Assembly (NCBI GenBank): GCA_964016885.1
Contig: OZ024742.1
Coordinates: 110,670,001 to 110,734,000, forward strand
DNA: 64,000 nt
DNA from: Eledone cirrhosa
Taxonomy: Eukaryota
Direction of reading: 5' to 3'
The notes beneath the pieces were generated by a model, which was not told the origin of the DNA, ran no database searches, and saw nothing but the letters and a program-made list of their open reading frames with translations. The translations under genes were made by a program, and so were the position numbers. Below are positions 39,378-54,377 of the stretch, piece after piece. The first letter of the stretch is position 1. Each line of letters begins with the position of its first letter.

Positions 39378-39591
39378 GACGAACCCACAACATACACACG
39401 TCAACATACATACCTACATCAGCATACGTCTCTACCCACATATAAACACAATGACATACGTAAACACACATGTTCTATGGTGCAACACAAATATACACAA
39501 ATTTGCATACCTTTTGATGTCTATAGATATAAACGTGCCGACACACACATATACATAAACGCACACATGCATTGCACACTGATGGGCACAT

Positions 39592-39845
39592 ACATATTTG
39601 TGCACAGGTATTCCAATACGACAAGGCCTAATGAATTCCCCTTGCAGTACGTACAATCTGGACACACTCCAGATACATATTTGTGCACAGGTATACAATT
39701 TCTGGACACACTCCAGATACATGTGTACAATTTGTGCACAGGTATACAATTTCTGGACACACTCCAGATACATATTTGTGCACAGGTATTCCAATACGGC
39801 AAGGCCTAATGGATCCCCTTGCATTACGTACAATCTGGACACACT
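39592..39845. repeat. Minisatellite of ~84-bp and ~42-55-bp related units
   Basis: Repeated TTTGTGCACAGGTAT..TCTGGACACACTC. Confidence 0.8.
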
Positions 39846-40053
39846 CATATACACCTTGGTATTATGCCAATATTATATATCATTTCACACCTTTTATTAT
39901 TAAGGTTTTTGATGTTCTATTGAGAGAATCGATTTCACTGAAAATATCGAATAATGTACACCATTTTACCAGAAATAAATACTGGTCCCCCCCCCCACAT
40001 ATATACACACACAAATACACACGCGTACATTAACATACAAAGACACACACACA

Positions 40054-40164
<111 letters not shown>

Positions 40165-40272
40165 CTCCGTATAAAACAAGAGCTGAAAAAATATATTTTA
40201 ATATGTTAAAATATCCCCCACACACTTACAGACACATTCCTACTGACCATCCCTCTACCACGAATTACTCTG

Positions 40273-40317
<45 letters not shown>

Positions 40318-40828
40318 TCTTAATAGGCATTTGAACTGTCAACAGGCTGCGGTACGCACACACATCCCTGCTGACCATTATCACAACAACGAACCTCTTT
40401 ACTACTACTACACACACACACACACACACACATATTTGTTGTGAAAGACTTATTTCTCAGTCAGCCGACACAAACCTATATTTGGCGCAAAATCAATTTT
40501 TTACATTCACATGACCTCTACCGACCAATCAAAATTGTTTTGACCACAAGAATTTTTGCAACACGAATTGGCACAAAACTTATTTTAATACCGCTGGAAC
40601 CACTTTTTTAACATAAAAACAGGTAGAATTCCCAAAACTAATCAGATCAGAGCAAACATCACAGACGCTCTATCTCAAAATTATTTTTGAAAAGCATTAG
40701 AAATGCGCAACCGGTAAAACTTAAAACCCAAACTGAATATTAACCAATACTTATTACTAATTCTCTCTTATTCCTAATTAAACTATTTTTCACTGTGAAC
40801 AATTTGTCAGCATTTTCTATTCCGTTTA

Positions 40829-40896
<68 letters not shown>

Positions 40897-42104
40897 TATA
40901 AACAGAATGTTAACACCTATCTTGTCTATTACAGATAGTGTTGGATAAATCTATTTATATATTTTCTAGCGTCATGTAGAATTGAATCATAGCCCTGAAA
41001 AGACACCAGTAATTCATTAATCGAATTAGCTGCCAAGAATGTGTCACACGTAGAAATTGGTTTATCTAATTTACTTAAGCCCTTATTAATAGTTGGTGTA
41101 TAAGCAGCATTTATGTAGGCGGTTATAATGGTATTTAGTCGATGATGAATATTCCAAAACAAAATTGAAACTCATCCAGCTGATGTCTCATCTTCTATTT
41201 ACAAAGTTAATGTATACACAGACAAGGTAGTTACATTTGTCAATACAGTCTTATGATGAAATCTAAAGCTATATTTTATAGTACAGTATTGAAACAAAAC
41301 AGTTAACGCACCAGTAATTAATAAAGTCTGTTAAGTTTTATGCGTATAATCACTTTGTTGACATCATTTTATGTTTAACACAAAGGAATTTTGCGTAGTT
41401 AACATTTTAGTTTTAATGGGCTTGGAGAATATTTTCTCGTATTATTTATTGAGAAAGTGTGTATATCTATGAAGTATAAGTGTTGTATGATCTGCTTCGG
41501 CGTTTCAAATGTATTGAATTTTATTGCAATAGACGCATTCTCTCAAGTTCTGTGAGTTTTTCAAGTGATCGTTTCAAATGAAGTGGCTTTTGAAATTTAT
41601 TTTTAATGTTACTTATAACAAGAACATTTTCTAGACTAGAGTTAAAGAATATTGCTCTTATCGGTTTAGGCATCGTTTTTCAACTTCCGCATAAAAATAG
41701 TTCTATCTTTACGAAAATATTATTAATGTGGCTGCTAGGTTTATATTTACAAAGGAGTATTACGTATAGGTGTACGTTAATACTATATGTGTGTATAGAT
41801 AAATCATATTCCCTTTAGCGGTTAGATCTTTAAGTAGAGTTTCCAATTTCATATGCTCAAAGTTGACTGGAATTGTATTCTACTTTACTTTTCTAAAATA
41901 GAACGTCAAAAAAGAGAAACTCAGTCGAAGTATAAATTGCGGAATATATTGCAGCTACACGGTATCTACTCAGCTATATAAAATTGCTGGAAAGATTACT
42001 TGGGTATATTACGTAAGTTGAGTGTGGTTAAAGATATTTTCGCATAGGAATAAGTTTCAAATATTGTGAACATTTCTAATTTGTGAAACTGCGAACCTGA
42101 TTGT

Positions 42105-42265
42105 TTTACATTGAGCGTCACACACCATGCTTTGCAGCATAGAGTTATGGCCCTATACGCTCTGAGTTCAAATCCTTTGCCTTTCAATAACTTTGCCTTT
42201 CATCCTTACGGGGTCGATAAAATAAAGCAGCAGCAATGCGCTTGTGCCAAAAGTAGAAACAGTTA
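42105..42265 (+). mobile_element. SINE
   Basis: TACGCTCTGAGTTCAAATC..CTTTGCCTTTCATCC..GGGGTCGATAAAATAAAG..AAAGTAGAAAC. Confidence 0.7.
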
Positions 42266-43124
42266 TTATCAGGAAACTCATTCCAAATTATATTTAAGCG
42301 CTCTACTAACATGACACTAGTTTCATGTTATATTTCTCCCCAGTCGAAAATCAATGTAGTATATAATGAAGCAATATTGTTAAATGTCTGTGTCGAAAAT
42401 TGATACCCATCTCTCGGCTTGGCTATCTGAACTATTTATTAATTTTTCTATCACTACTTGGACAAGTACCGCTAAGTTTATACTTTACTAAGAAGGTCAT
42501 TAGAAGATCGAAAGATATTCAGCGTTGTTTTTCGTGCCGAAATAATATTATTTAATACACCGGTAATTAACTTTGGTTTGCGATGTAATGCTCCTTGTAT
42601 TAAGGCTGTTAAAAATAGCTAAAATATCATATCAATATATAACAATATACCGTCCGAATGTGAAAAATAGAACATGCTCTGAAATTCACTGTAATGAGAG
42701 GTACATAAGCAGCATCTTTCACAGTTTATCTACGTTTAAATTAATGTTACACATATCACATGTCTTCGCCGGTCAGTATTTTTCTGCTTGGTGTTTTAAT
42801 TCGGCAATTTACTTATACAGTTGTTAGTGTTTTGTGCTAACGTTAGAAATCAAAAGTTTTAGTTGCGTTATTGACACTGATTTTAATGGTTAAATATGCT
42901 ATTCTACAGAAATGGTAGTAGGATTTGAGTTGCCTATTTTTTATATGAATCTTATTCTATTTAAACTTGCATGCGTATGTAGCGTGTTTGATTGAACTTA
43001 TTTCAAGTGCTTCATACATTGTTATGATATTCCTTGATAAGAACTCAAGAATTCTTGATTTGTATTGTATTTCAGCTCATTCAATTTCGAGTGTGCTAAG
43101 ATTAATTGTTAGATTAATGCCTCG

Positions 43125-43250
43125 GAAGAGTGATTTGTGGTATTCGGTCCGGCTCTCTGCTCCCCGATTTCAAATCCCACCGAGGTCAACTTTGCCTTTC
43201 ATCCTTTCTAGGTTGATAAAAATAGTATCAATCTAGTACTGGGGTCGATC
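43125..43250 (+). mobile_element. SINE fragment
   Basis: TTCAAATCCCACCGAGGTCAACTTTGCCTTTCATCC..GATAAAA..TACTGGGGTCGAT. Confidence 0.65.
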
Positions 43251-43597
43251 GTTCCTCTAAATCTCTCTCACTTTCGTTTCTTCTCAGGAAATGTATTCAG
43301 GCCTGAGAGGGATGGCCTCTGCGAAGCTTAAGAAGCCCAAGAAACGCTGTATGCCAATACGGCGCCTCTACCACTCCATTAGGAGTTACGGGATCATATT
43401 ATACTATACGAAGATTAATGGCTATTTTCTAGCGACCTGGTGTAAGGATTCATTCCTTTGTTTGGGGAAGAAATAAAGGAACAGATGCCAAGGGATATCT
43501 TGATGTGAAGCATGTATATCCAATGAATGCAGTGTTATTGAATAAGGAATAAATTGCCTTGCTCAAGGACACAAAGCGCTGCCTTGTCCGGGAATCG

Positions 43598-43711
<114 letters not shown>

Positions 43712-44212
43712 ACTGCTAAATACTCCATGTTTTGCCTACGCCGTATATTTGAAGTTCTAACCTTTACAATTGATTCCTCCACAGAGATAAAATCATAATA
43801 GATTACTTAATAAATACTGTTTGAATATCTGACTTAGAAGAAGTAAATTACTACCTGAGTAAGTAAAGTAAAGTACTGCCTGAATTCTTATGCTTCTATC
43901 TATTATATATAAATATAGTTCTTTCAAAGAATCCCTATTCCTTAAATACATCAGCCAATGACCTCCACCCATCCCAACCACCACCTTCCCCTACCACCAG
44001 AAAAAAAAAAAAATATTTATAAACATATATAAATATACACACACAAACGCATACACACACACTCACATACACACATACATATATAAGCTTTAAACTTCAA
44101 CTCGCAATCGGTTTTGATTATTCACATATTTATATAAAAGTTATATATATGAATTCTTTACATCCAACATCATGAGTGTACACACACACACACATGCACA
44201 CATGCACACACA

Positions 44213-44249
<37 letters not shown>

Positions 44250-44317
44250 GTATATATATATATATATAAAACACAAACACCTACACACATGCAAACACAC
44301 ATGTAAATATATTTATT

Positions 44318-44399
<82 letters not shown>

Positions 44400-44522
44400 G
44401 GAGGTGAGTTTTATTGTAGTACAATAAAGCAATGCAGATATCGGATAAGAAGCACTCTACAGTTTGTAGGACTGGAGTATACATAATATAAGATCAAAAG
44501 ATGGTTAAAGGAGTTCCATGTA

Positions 44523-44589
44523 TTTTATTATGCGCATTTCAAAAACAAACATCATCATGCAATAATATTTGTGTTTTCATCAGATAAAA
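44523..44589 (-). ncRNA. Type I hammerhead, 36-nt stem II domain
   Basis: Reverse-strand copy of 46356-46420. Confidence 0.8.
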
Positions 44590-46355
44590 CAGGAGAACAT
44601 GATATGAAGGCTAAAAAACACTTGTGGATAGTGCAGTTTAAATCAACATATGAAAAGTGGTTTTAGATTGATGTGTGATATTGGGAAAAATATTTTATTT
44701 AGAGAGGGGGTGGGGGGTGGAAAGGATGAAAAAGGGGAGGAGATGAGAGGGAGAGATGGGTGATAGAGAGAAAGAGATAGTTTTTATAACTGAGAGAAGA
44801 TATATTGTTTTACATAGAGAGGTTGAAAACCGTTGGAAGATAATGTATAAATTAAAAGAATTTGAAAATTAACGAAGGGAAAGATATGTACGAGGAAAAA
44901 ATATTTTATTTAGGGAGGGGGGTGGAAAGGATGAAAAAAGGGGGAGGAGATGAGAGTGAAGGTGGAGAGGGAGAGATGGGTGATAGAGAGGAAGAGATAG
45001 TTTTTATAACTGAGAAAAGATATATTGTTTTACATAGAGAGGTTGAGAACCGTTGGAAGATAATGTATAAATTAAAAGAATTTGAAAATTAACGAAGGGA
45101 AAAAAATATTTACGAGGAAAGAGAGGGAGTTTATGTATGAAGATAGAGAGAAAAAAATAATAATTGTGGAGGAATATTCTAACGTCAAAAAGGTGTATGT
45201 TGGTAAGTATTGTGGCAATTTCAAAATTAACGAAGAGAAAAATTATTAAGGTTTGTGTGTAGAAGGATTTGAGAAAAATAATGTGAAGTTAAAGTTTGTA
45301 TATTGAAGGAATTGATAATGTGTGCGAAGAAAGAGTTAATATGTATTAAGAATGAGTTCGTTGATGGGGAGAAAAAAATAATAAATTAAGGATGAAATTG
45401 AGATTAAAAAGTTTTATGATAGAGAGAAAAAATAATAATAATTGCGGATGAATATTCTAACGTCAAAAAAACAAATGTATATGTTATGAAGGATTTTACA
45501 AGGTGAAGATAGAAAGAGGGTAATGAGTAAACAAGTATTATAGAGTGTATAATGCCCTTTGAAGTAAGGTAGGAAGATGGGTATATTTTAAAGAGGTGTA
45601 TGTATATGTGCCTTTGAGAAAAGATTCTAAATTGATAAAGAATTGAATATTAACTGTATACTTTGTGAAAAGTCCTATGGAATTTATGCAGGCAGATAGA
45701 AAACAAATCTGTACGTCTATTTATTATGGAATCTAGATTAGAGATAATGGTAAATTTTTCATTTAGGCAGAGATTACAGATTTTAGATAGAGAGCTGTTC
45801 AAGTATGAGGATGCAGAAGAAACCTTCTTCCAAAAGATGGTATATTTAATGTTTTTCTCTTTCAAGGACCATATGAGTTCTGAGAGAGCCGTGTTGGTTC
45901 TTTTAAGTTTGTATTTGAAAGATGAATGGTGATTATAGAGACGAGCTTTAAAAGAGGTGGAAGTGGAGCCAAAATAGGTGAAGGAATTGGTGCTAGTTAT
46001 AACTTTACATTCATAAATTAAGTTTTTATCGAGACAATGGTTGTTGAGAGGACATTTATTTTTAATGCGGCAGTTGCAGTTAGAGAGATTATTATTAATA
46101 GGTCACTCATTATTATTAATAGGTCACTCATTAATAATCTCTCTAACTGCAACTGCCGCATTAAAAATAAATTTCTCTCTATCACCCATCTCTCCCTCTC
46201 ATCTCCTCCCCTTTTTCATCCTTTCCACCCCCCCACCTCTCTAAATAAAATATTTTTCCCAATATCACACATCAATCTAAAACCACTTTTCATATGTTGA
46301 TTTAAAACTGCACTATCCACAAGTGTTTTTTAGCCTTCATATCATGTTCTCCTGG

Positions 46356-46420
46356 TTTATCTGATGAAAACACAGATATTATTGCATGATGATGTTTGTT
46401 TTTGAAATGCGCATAATAAA
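46356..46420 (+). ncRNA. Type I hammerhead, 36-nt stem II domain
   Basis: TTTAT-CTGATGA-AAACACAGATATTATT(GCAT)GATGATGTTTGTTTTT-GAAA-TGCGCA-TA-ATAAA. Confidence 0.82.
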
Positions 46421-46453
46421 ATACATGGAACTCCTTTAACCATCTTTCGATCT

Positions 46454-46578
<125 letters not shown>

Positions 46579-46649
46579 ATATATATATTTATGAAAATAA
46601 ACCAAAGAAGCCTTCAATACATGAAAAGTCTTTATTAGCCAACAATGTT

Positions 46650-47450
46650 AGAAATAGAAGGAGACTAAATACTTAATTTAACCCGCCATATGATCAGGAA
46701 GTAATAACTAACATCCCTAGGTCTTTCTTTTCTATCTTAGAGAAAAATTTCCCTCCTACTAATAAATACCATGGTATTTTTAATAAAAATGTAATTAAAC
46801 TATCATTCTCTACCACCCCTAATATTAGTTCTCATTTAGCTAGCACTAACAATAGGAAAATTAGGGACGGCTACTCCTCTTTGCGTACTACTAGTCTGGA
46901 TAGATCCATAAATGCCTTACCACCTGAGCAGACCTTATCTCATAGTAACCCTACGAGTGATGCATCACTACTTCAGCCAATCAATAGCACCCGGAAGTGT
47001 AACTGTAGAGTGAGTGTTAACTGCCCTTTAAACGGTAACTGTCTCTCTAGGAACATTGTTTATGCTTGTGTAGTTAAAACTAATTCCTCTAATAGCACAT
47101 ATATAGGCTCAACATCTAACACTTTTAAGAATAGGTTTAATTCTCATATGTCTAATTTTAAACATGTTAAGATTAAGAATTCTACTTCTGTAGCACACCA
47201 TATCTGGGATCTTAAGGGGGCTAATATACCATATAGCTTTAATTGGCGAATAGTAGCACGCTCTAATAACCTATCAACACACACTAAATTCTGTAATCTC
47301 TGTATCCTTGAGACCCACTCTATAATTTTCTCTAGGGAACTCTTACTTAATAGAAAGTCTGAGATATTTTCTTCCTGCCCCCACGCCATTTTTAATTCTT
47401 ACTTTTATTATAAACCTAAAAGTTCTGGTAGTGTAAATTGTATCCATTAG
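46650..47450 (+). pseudogene. PLE thumb/GIY-YIG remnant
   Basis: RNRRR..FNPPY..ILEKNFPP..KLSFSTTPNI and KCNCRVSVNCPLNGNCL..IVY..YIGSTSNTFKNRF..CNLC..E; in-frame stop near the 5' end. Confidence 0.85.
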
Positions 47451-49071
47451 CTGCTATATTCCCTTATCTTTTTTGTTTAGGTTAATTTTGTTTACCACCA
47501 TCATTATCATTATTATTATTGGTTTTTAACAGCTTTTCGATCTAGCTTTCATAGTCTTTTGGCTACCATACCATATCTATCTTCTTAAATATTATATTTT
47601 CACTATTAACACCTTATGAGTTTATATCTGATTATATATTTTATTTGGATTCTCATTTAGATAATTAACCCAAATTCTCCCCACACACTTGTCATTCGCC
47701 CCTTCAATTATACTATAACTATATTCAATTCCCTTTTATGCTCCTTTCTATTGTATTATACAGTATATTGATTATGATTTTATGCTCCTTCGTATCCTCC
47801 ATACCTTTCTTTTTTCTGTTCCCATTGGCCTACCATAGTTCTATTTAAGGTCCTTTTATTAGATAACGTTATTCAACTGAAAGTAGAATATTTCATTCTA
47901 TTCTGGATATTTTTATTGAGATATCTTAAATTTTAGAGATTTTGATAACTTAAACCATAGCTAATTTTGTATTGACGTATTATGTATTTTAAATACTTTC
48001 AATATTAATTAATTTAATAAGGTTTTCTAGTCATTTATCCGGGTTTGAGTCCTAACTTTTTTTACTTAACTGCTTGTGACACCTAAGTAAATATATTTGT
48101 TTTTGTTTTTCGATTTCCGGTTGACTTTATTTATTTTTTTACCACTGTGCGTAGTTTCTGTCTGGTTCTTATTCACTTATTCACATATGTGTCTACCAAC
48201 AATGTAATTATGTATACTATACTATGTTTGTTATTTGATATTGAAGTTGTTATATCATATCACTTTATGTAATCGTACTATAGATCTTAAATATTTACCG
48301 ATTATTCGATGTACCGTTATGTTAAATTTTGTAAATTCTGTAATATGTTTATATTTTTATAATTTTTATAATGTTTAGATAATATTTATTTATACCGAGT
48401 ATAAAAACTCGACCTCCGTCTGTTTTGTTACAACGGTATAGATATTTTTCCTGCACAATTTTTTCAATTCAGTTCTGTATGATATTTTTTTCTCACCCTG
48501 TGTGTAACTTTATATGATTTGTTAAGTTATATGCCAATATATTATAATATTGTTATTATAGTGTTATTGTAATATTTATATTGTTTGTGCAAATTGACCG
48601 GAGATTATAAATTATATAGTATATTATATATTATATTTTTATTTTTATTCATTTCTTTATCATTTTATACTGTAAAAAATATATGTATTATATTTATATT
48701 TAAACTCTTAATAAGTGTTAGTTTGTGTTTGTATTGATGGATATGTGTATTGATATATATATATATATATATATATGTATACATATGTATATATATATGT
48801 ATATTGGGCCTTTTAATATTATTATTATTATCATTATCAATTATATTATATTATATTATATTATATTATATATCGTACTGTAATACTCGCTTTATATCAC
48901 CACTTGTGTTTAGTTTTAGTTTTTGCATTGTACTATATTTGTAATATGGGTTCAAAATGTTATTCACTTCCTTAGCAATTTTTACTTGATAATTTTCCTA
49001 TGCTTTAATGTATGTATACTCCATATTCTTTTGAGTTTTTGGCTTGTATTGGCCGATAGTGCTTCTTATAG

Positions 49072-49125
49072 CTTTACTTGCCCTGATGAGTCCTTAATAG
49101 GACGAAACATTGTTGGCTAATAAAG
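49072..49125 (+). ncRNA. Canonical minimal type I hammerhead
   Basis: CTTTA.CTT.GCC-CTGATGA-GTCC(TTAATA)GGAC-GAAA-C(ATT)G-TT-GGC.TAA.TAAAG. Confidence 0.85.
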
Positions 49126-49407
49126 ACTTTTGATGTATTGAAGGCTTCTTTGGTTTATTTTCATAATACTTCGGCTCTGTTTAATTACATTGAGCTATAT
49201 CTTTACTGTCATTTCTATAATATGAAGAGGGTGTTTAACTCCAACACACTCTAGTATTTTAATTCTTATATATATATATATATATATATATAACGAAGGC
49301 GGTGTGGTAAGGAACCAGATGGACCATAACGCACCCGAGTACTCAATACTTAGTCCAGAAATAGCCGTCGAAACGGCTTAAGCTCTGCCGACGTAGTTAA
49401 ACTTTTT

Positions 49408-49466
<59 letters not shown>

Positions 49467-49467
<1 letters not shown>

Positions 49468-49703
49468 TATGTATACGTACATATATATATGTATACAGAC
49501 GTACAGTAGTATGTATATATATATATATATATACATACATGCACACATATATATATGTACGTATGGATTCACCGAACATATATATGTGTGCATGTATGTA
49601 CGTGTACGTCTGTATACATATATGTATGTACGTATACATACTTATATTTAAGTAATAGCCGTACTAAGAGTGAGAAATGAAATTTCGTTTCATATTTTAC
49701 GTT

Positions 49704-49705
<2 letters not shown>
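49467..49705. mobile_element. Inverted fragments of the ~440-nt retrozyme-like family
   Basis: GTACAGTAGTATG.. and GCCGTACTAAGAGTGAGAAATGAAATTTCG blocks shared with 22920 and 34096. Confidence 0.65.
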
Positions 49706-49796
<91 letters not shown>

Positions 49797-49797
49797 G

Positions 49798-49829
<32 letters not shown>

Positions 49830-51084
49830 TACACGAAAGCAAAAGCTACTAGCTATTTGTATATAATTTGATACCGCTTGCACACACAGTTTACTTCTTT
49901 CAGATATATGAATAAACAATTAAATAAATAATGATAAAAAGTATACAATTCTAAATACAATCAAAATACACTAATATTCATTATTTTCTGTCGCTAATGA
50001 ACATATAATTACACATTTCACACTGGAGTTCATATATGTGAACAAAAAGTGATAGTGATTTAAAATAGATTTTATTTTCACAGCTTTTCCAGTTTTATCA
50101 ATTAATTTTCATCTAATTTATATATTGGGTTCGCCCTTTTCAGTTGGCAATTTTCTAGTCACTTTCTTTTGTCTCTCGAATCTCTCGCGCTGCCATGTTG
50201 TTAATTATGAAAGTATATCATATTAATGATTGCTGTTTTTCTATATCATCCATTTCAATATTAGAAAGTGTGTTTATGTATACATACATACTTATATACA
50301 CACATACATACATCAATACATACACACATGCATATATACTTATATGATGGCTGCCACCTGGTTATCGAGTATGGCCATTGCACGATATTCCATTATTAAT
50401 AATTATTAATTAATCCTATCGTGCAATGCCTGAAGATTTTTTTAAACCGAGGAAAAACTATGCACTGAGCCAATCCCACTCTCTGAGAGACAGTAGCTAT
50501 AACCTCCAAAAAAAGAAAAGACCAACATTATCGGTAACTACTGAGCCACAGGTTTTATGTCGGAGTTATCCCAGTTGCCTGAGTTGCCTTCTCCGAGAAG
50601 AATGCCCTGACACAGTGGTTTAACCGCGCGATCGGGTATCCAGCCCGACTATTTCTATGTTCCCGCGCATATACATGCACATGCACTCATGCACATACAT
50701 ATATACACATAATATGTACATGTGTATATTTACACATTTTTATATACATACTTATATACATACTTATATACATACATACATACATACATACATACTTATA
50801 TACATACAAACATACATACATACACATATTACTGCACATATACACGCATTCATAAATACATATATACCTAGACACATACAAACACTCGTACGTGCATCTG
50901 ATGGACCGTCAGAGATGTATGTGTAAGAAATCTGTTGTGCTATAACCTTAATCCAGCTACCATCCGACTTATCTTAAATGCTAAGACGTCTTCTCACGTA
51001 GCCATGGTTTGACCAACACCTTCGAGGCGAAACATTTTAACAGAAATGGTGCATAGGCTCGTAGGCTTGTAGTTTGTATGTTAT

Positions 51085-51925
51085 CTCTTTCTCTTAATTT
51101 CGAGTATATTTCTTTGACCGGCCACCTTCCTGGGGGCAAGGTTGTAAAAGAAAAGAAATTGTCATCCCTTGAATCGCAAGAATGTTTTGCAAATTTTGAA
51201 GGTGCCAGCTATCGCAGCCATTTGTAGACTATGAATTAGGGAGCTGCGCTCTTTATTCGCAAATCCAAGTCCAGTCATACTTTGGTAAAAGCGGGTTCGT
51301 ATATAACCCGTAGCTCCAATAATGATTGGTATGAAGCTAAAGGTGTATTTTGGATACTGGATTTGTAAACTCCTCATCAATGGTCCGTAGATGTCCTCCT
51401 TCTCCTGTATTTTTCTGACAACGTTTACATCAAGTGGGCAGATGATCTCCACAACAGAACACGTTCTCAATGTGTGGTACCAAACAACAATATCAGGCCG
51501 GTTGTGCTTTAATTTGGTGGCAGTTTTAATTTTCAGGTTCCACCAGTATTCCTTAGTGCCATCTGTCTCAATATATTCTTCCTCGTTTGTTGTTAATTTT
51601 GTTTTCCGAAGTGCGTTCCAGATGGTTCTAGCTATCCCATCGTGTCTCATGGGGAGGTAGTAGCGAGATGACATTCTTTCGCAGCTGGCAACAATGTGGC
51701 TTACATCCTCGATCTTTGTTTTACATAGCCTACATTTATTGTCAGATGATGGCTCTCCCCTTTTGTGCAGCAGATATTTGGTAGGGAGTTCTTGTTCCTG
51801 TATTGCATAGAGATATCCCTCAAGGTGTGATGTCATAAACTTGTCGGAACTCCATGCCAGGCTTTTTGAGTGGTTTATCCCCTCTATGGCATGTCCTTTA
51901 CGTCTCAATCTGTGTTTTACGTCTC
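51085..51925 (-). pseudogene. 5'-truncated non-LTR retrotransposon with restriction-like endonuclease (R2/R4/NeSL-group type)
   Basis: ORF 51162-51908: AIQEQEL.T, CCHC knuckle CRLC..E..HIVASC, RHD, HNRPDIVV..VEI.CP..K..EK..Y; adjoins a (TATG)n tract. Confidence 0.85.
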
Positions 51926-52873
51926 AATGTATGTATGTATGTATGTATGTATGTATGTATGTATGTATGTATGTATGTATGTATGTATGTATGTATGTAT
52001 GTATGTCAGGTCACCAGTTGGTGCTACTGGTAACATGTATCCCAGAACAACCTGTCTCATGATCGGGTCGTTGGTGACTAAACTGGCAACCCCACCAAGG
52101 TTTCTTGGTGAGGAGGGTGACTTTGGACATCCTGCAGGACTAAAAACAAAACCTGTCAAAGAGCAAAGGAGCTCTAAAGAGTCAATGGCCATCCAAAATC
52201 ACCGAGAGAGATGACCCCTTAGCCTTTGTCAAGGCAGAATTCTAGGAGAAGGAAACTCTGATATAACACCTGCAAACCTGATGGTATCCAATGATGTTGA
52301 CTTGTTCTTCTTTTTGGTAAATATCATCTTGGTTAAGAGAGTGGGACTGGCTTTGTGCAGTGCCTTTGCTCACTATAAAACCTTCACGGCACAGGCATTG
52401 CTTTATATCTGGTGATCTCTCTGCACTTGTCGTCACATGGTACCATGGGCCCAGCACTATGTGTCAATAATTGTCACAAGTGTAGTGTTTGTACCAAAGT
52501 TTTCAAGTCGCTGGCTGGACTAAAAAGTCACACTCGTTCAGCGCATCGGTAGTGGTTCTCCTACATGGATATAAAGTAGTGGCCGTACTCGAAAACGAGT
52601 TGGCAGCCACCATGTACGTATGTATGCATGTATGTATGTATGTGTGTATATGTGTATGTCTGTGTGTATGTATGCCTGTGTGTTTGCGTGTATGTGTGAT
52701 AGTATGTATTAAGTATGCGTAACGTGTGTGTCTGTGTGCAAGTACCACGTTGGAATGAAGAATGGATTAATACACTAAAGCCCTTACATTGATATATCCT
52801 AAAAGGATCATACTCCAATAAAATAAACTATGAACAAAATATTTATATATAGATATATACTTTTTGTTCCCAC

Positions 52874-52918
<45 letters not shown>

Positions 52919-52919
52919 C

Positions 52920-52964
<45 letters not shown>

Positions 52965-52979
52965 CGTATATATATATAT

Positions 52980-53040
<61 letters not shown>

Positions 53041-53174
53041 AGTGCGTATGATTATGTAGATATATATTCACATATATACTTACATGGACACACACACACA
53101 CATATATATATATATATTTGAAATCCATGAAATTCTACAAATTTTCACCAGTGATTATACATACATACATACAT

Positions 53175-53281
<107 letters not shown>

Positions 53282-53929
53282 CGTGTGTGTGTGTGTGTGT
53301 GTCCGTGTGTGTTTGCGTGCGTGTATGTGTACTATTTAATTGTTTCTATTTATTTTAATTTCAACTTAATCAATGAAAGAGTAATTTATTGTAATTGCCA
53401 TTTTCTTAAACGTGACATTACATCAATTAATTTATCGTGTACATATTTCTTAAAATTTTAGTCAGTATTTAGTTTACGCATATACAAGTACGCACAAACG
53501 CATTCGCACATTCACACGCACATGTATATATATACGCACACAATAAATGAGTCTATAATAATTGCATCAAATTTAAAATAATTATCTTATATACTTGCAA
53601 AGGTGAAAGTAAGCTAATATATACTAAATTTGTTAAATAGAATACAAAAACGGCGCCAAGCAAGAAAGTACGTACATAGATACAGACATGCATACGGATA
53701 TAAAACGTACGTACATTTATTGACGCACACATACATGAACACTCACAAAAAACACAAACACATAGATACACACAGACACACAGGCACACAGACACACACA
53801 CATATATATAATATATATATGTTTGTATTTACCCCACCTTTTATATATATATATATATATATAAATATATATAAGGGGGGTAAATACTCACATACATACA
53901 TATATATATATATATATTATATAAATATA

Positions 53930-53992
<63 letters not shown>

Positions 53993-54084
53993 TATATATA
54001 TACACATATGTGTGTGTTTATGTATAAATAAATATATATATACATATATGTACATATACATAAACATATTTATACATATAAATA

Positions 54085-54174
<90 letters not shown>

Positions 54175-54298
54175 TGTATATATACATATATGTGTGTGTT
54201 TATGTATAAATAAATATTTATATATACATGTATGTACATATACATGAACATATTTATACATATAAATACACACACATACACACACGCACACACACACA

Positions 54299-54377
<79 letters not shown>

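Larger units (their letters stand above)
46590..49268 (+). mobile_element. 5'-truncated Hydra-like PLE with short 5' inversion and ~1.8-kb 3' UTR/pLTR
   Basis: 46590-46649 is the reverse complement of ~49106-49165; ORF remnant 46650-47450; ends in (TA)n. Confidence 0.85.

Noticed and set aside
39592-39845. CRISPR-like repeat-spacer pattern
   Set aside because: Eukaryotic context; the spacers are themselves repeated, so it is a minisatellite.
52530-52612. HDV-like ribozyme
   Set aside because: No room for P3/L3/P1.1 between the P1 strands; kept only as an unexplained structure.
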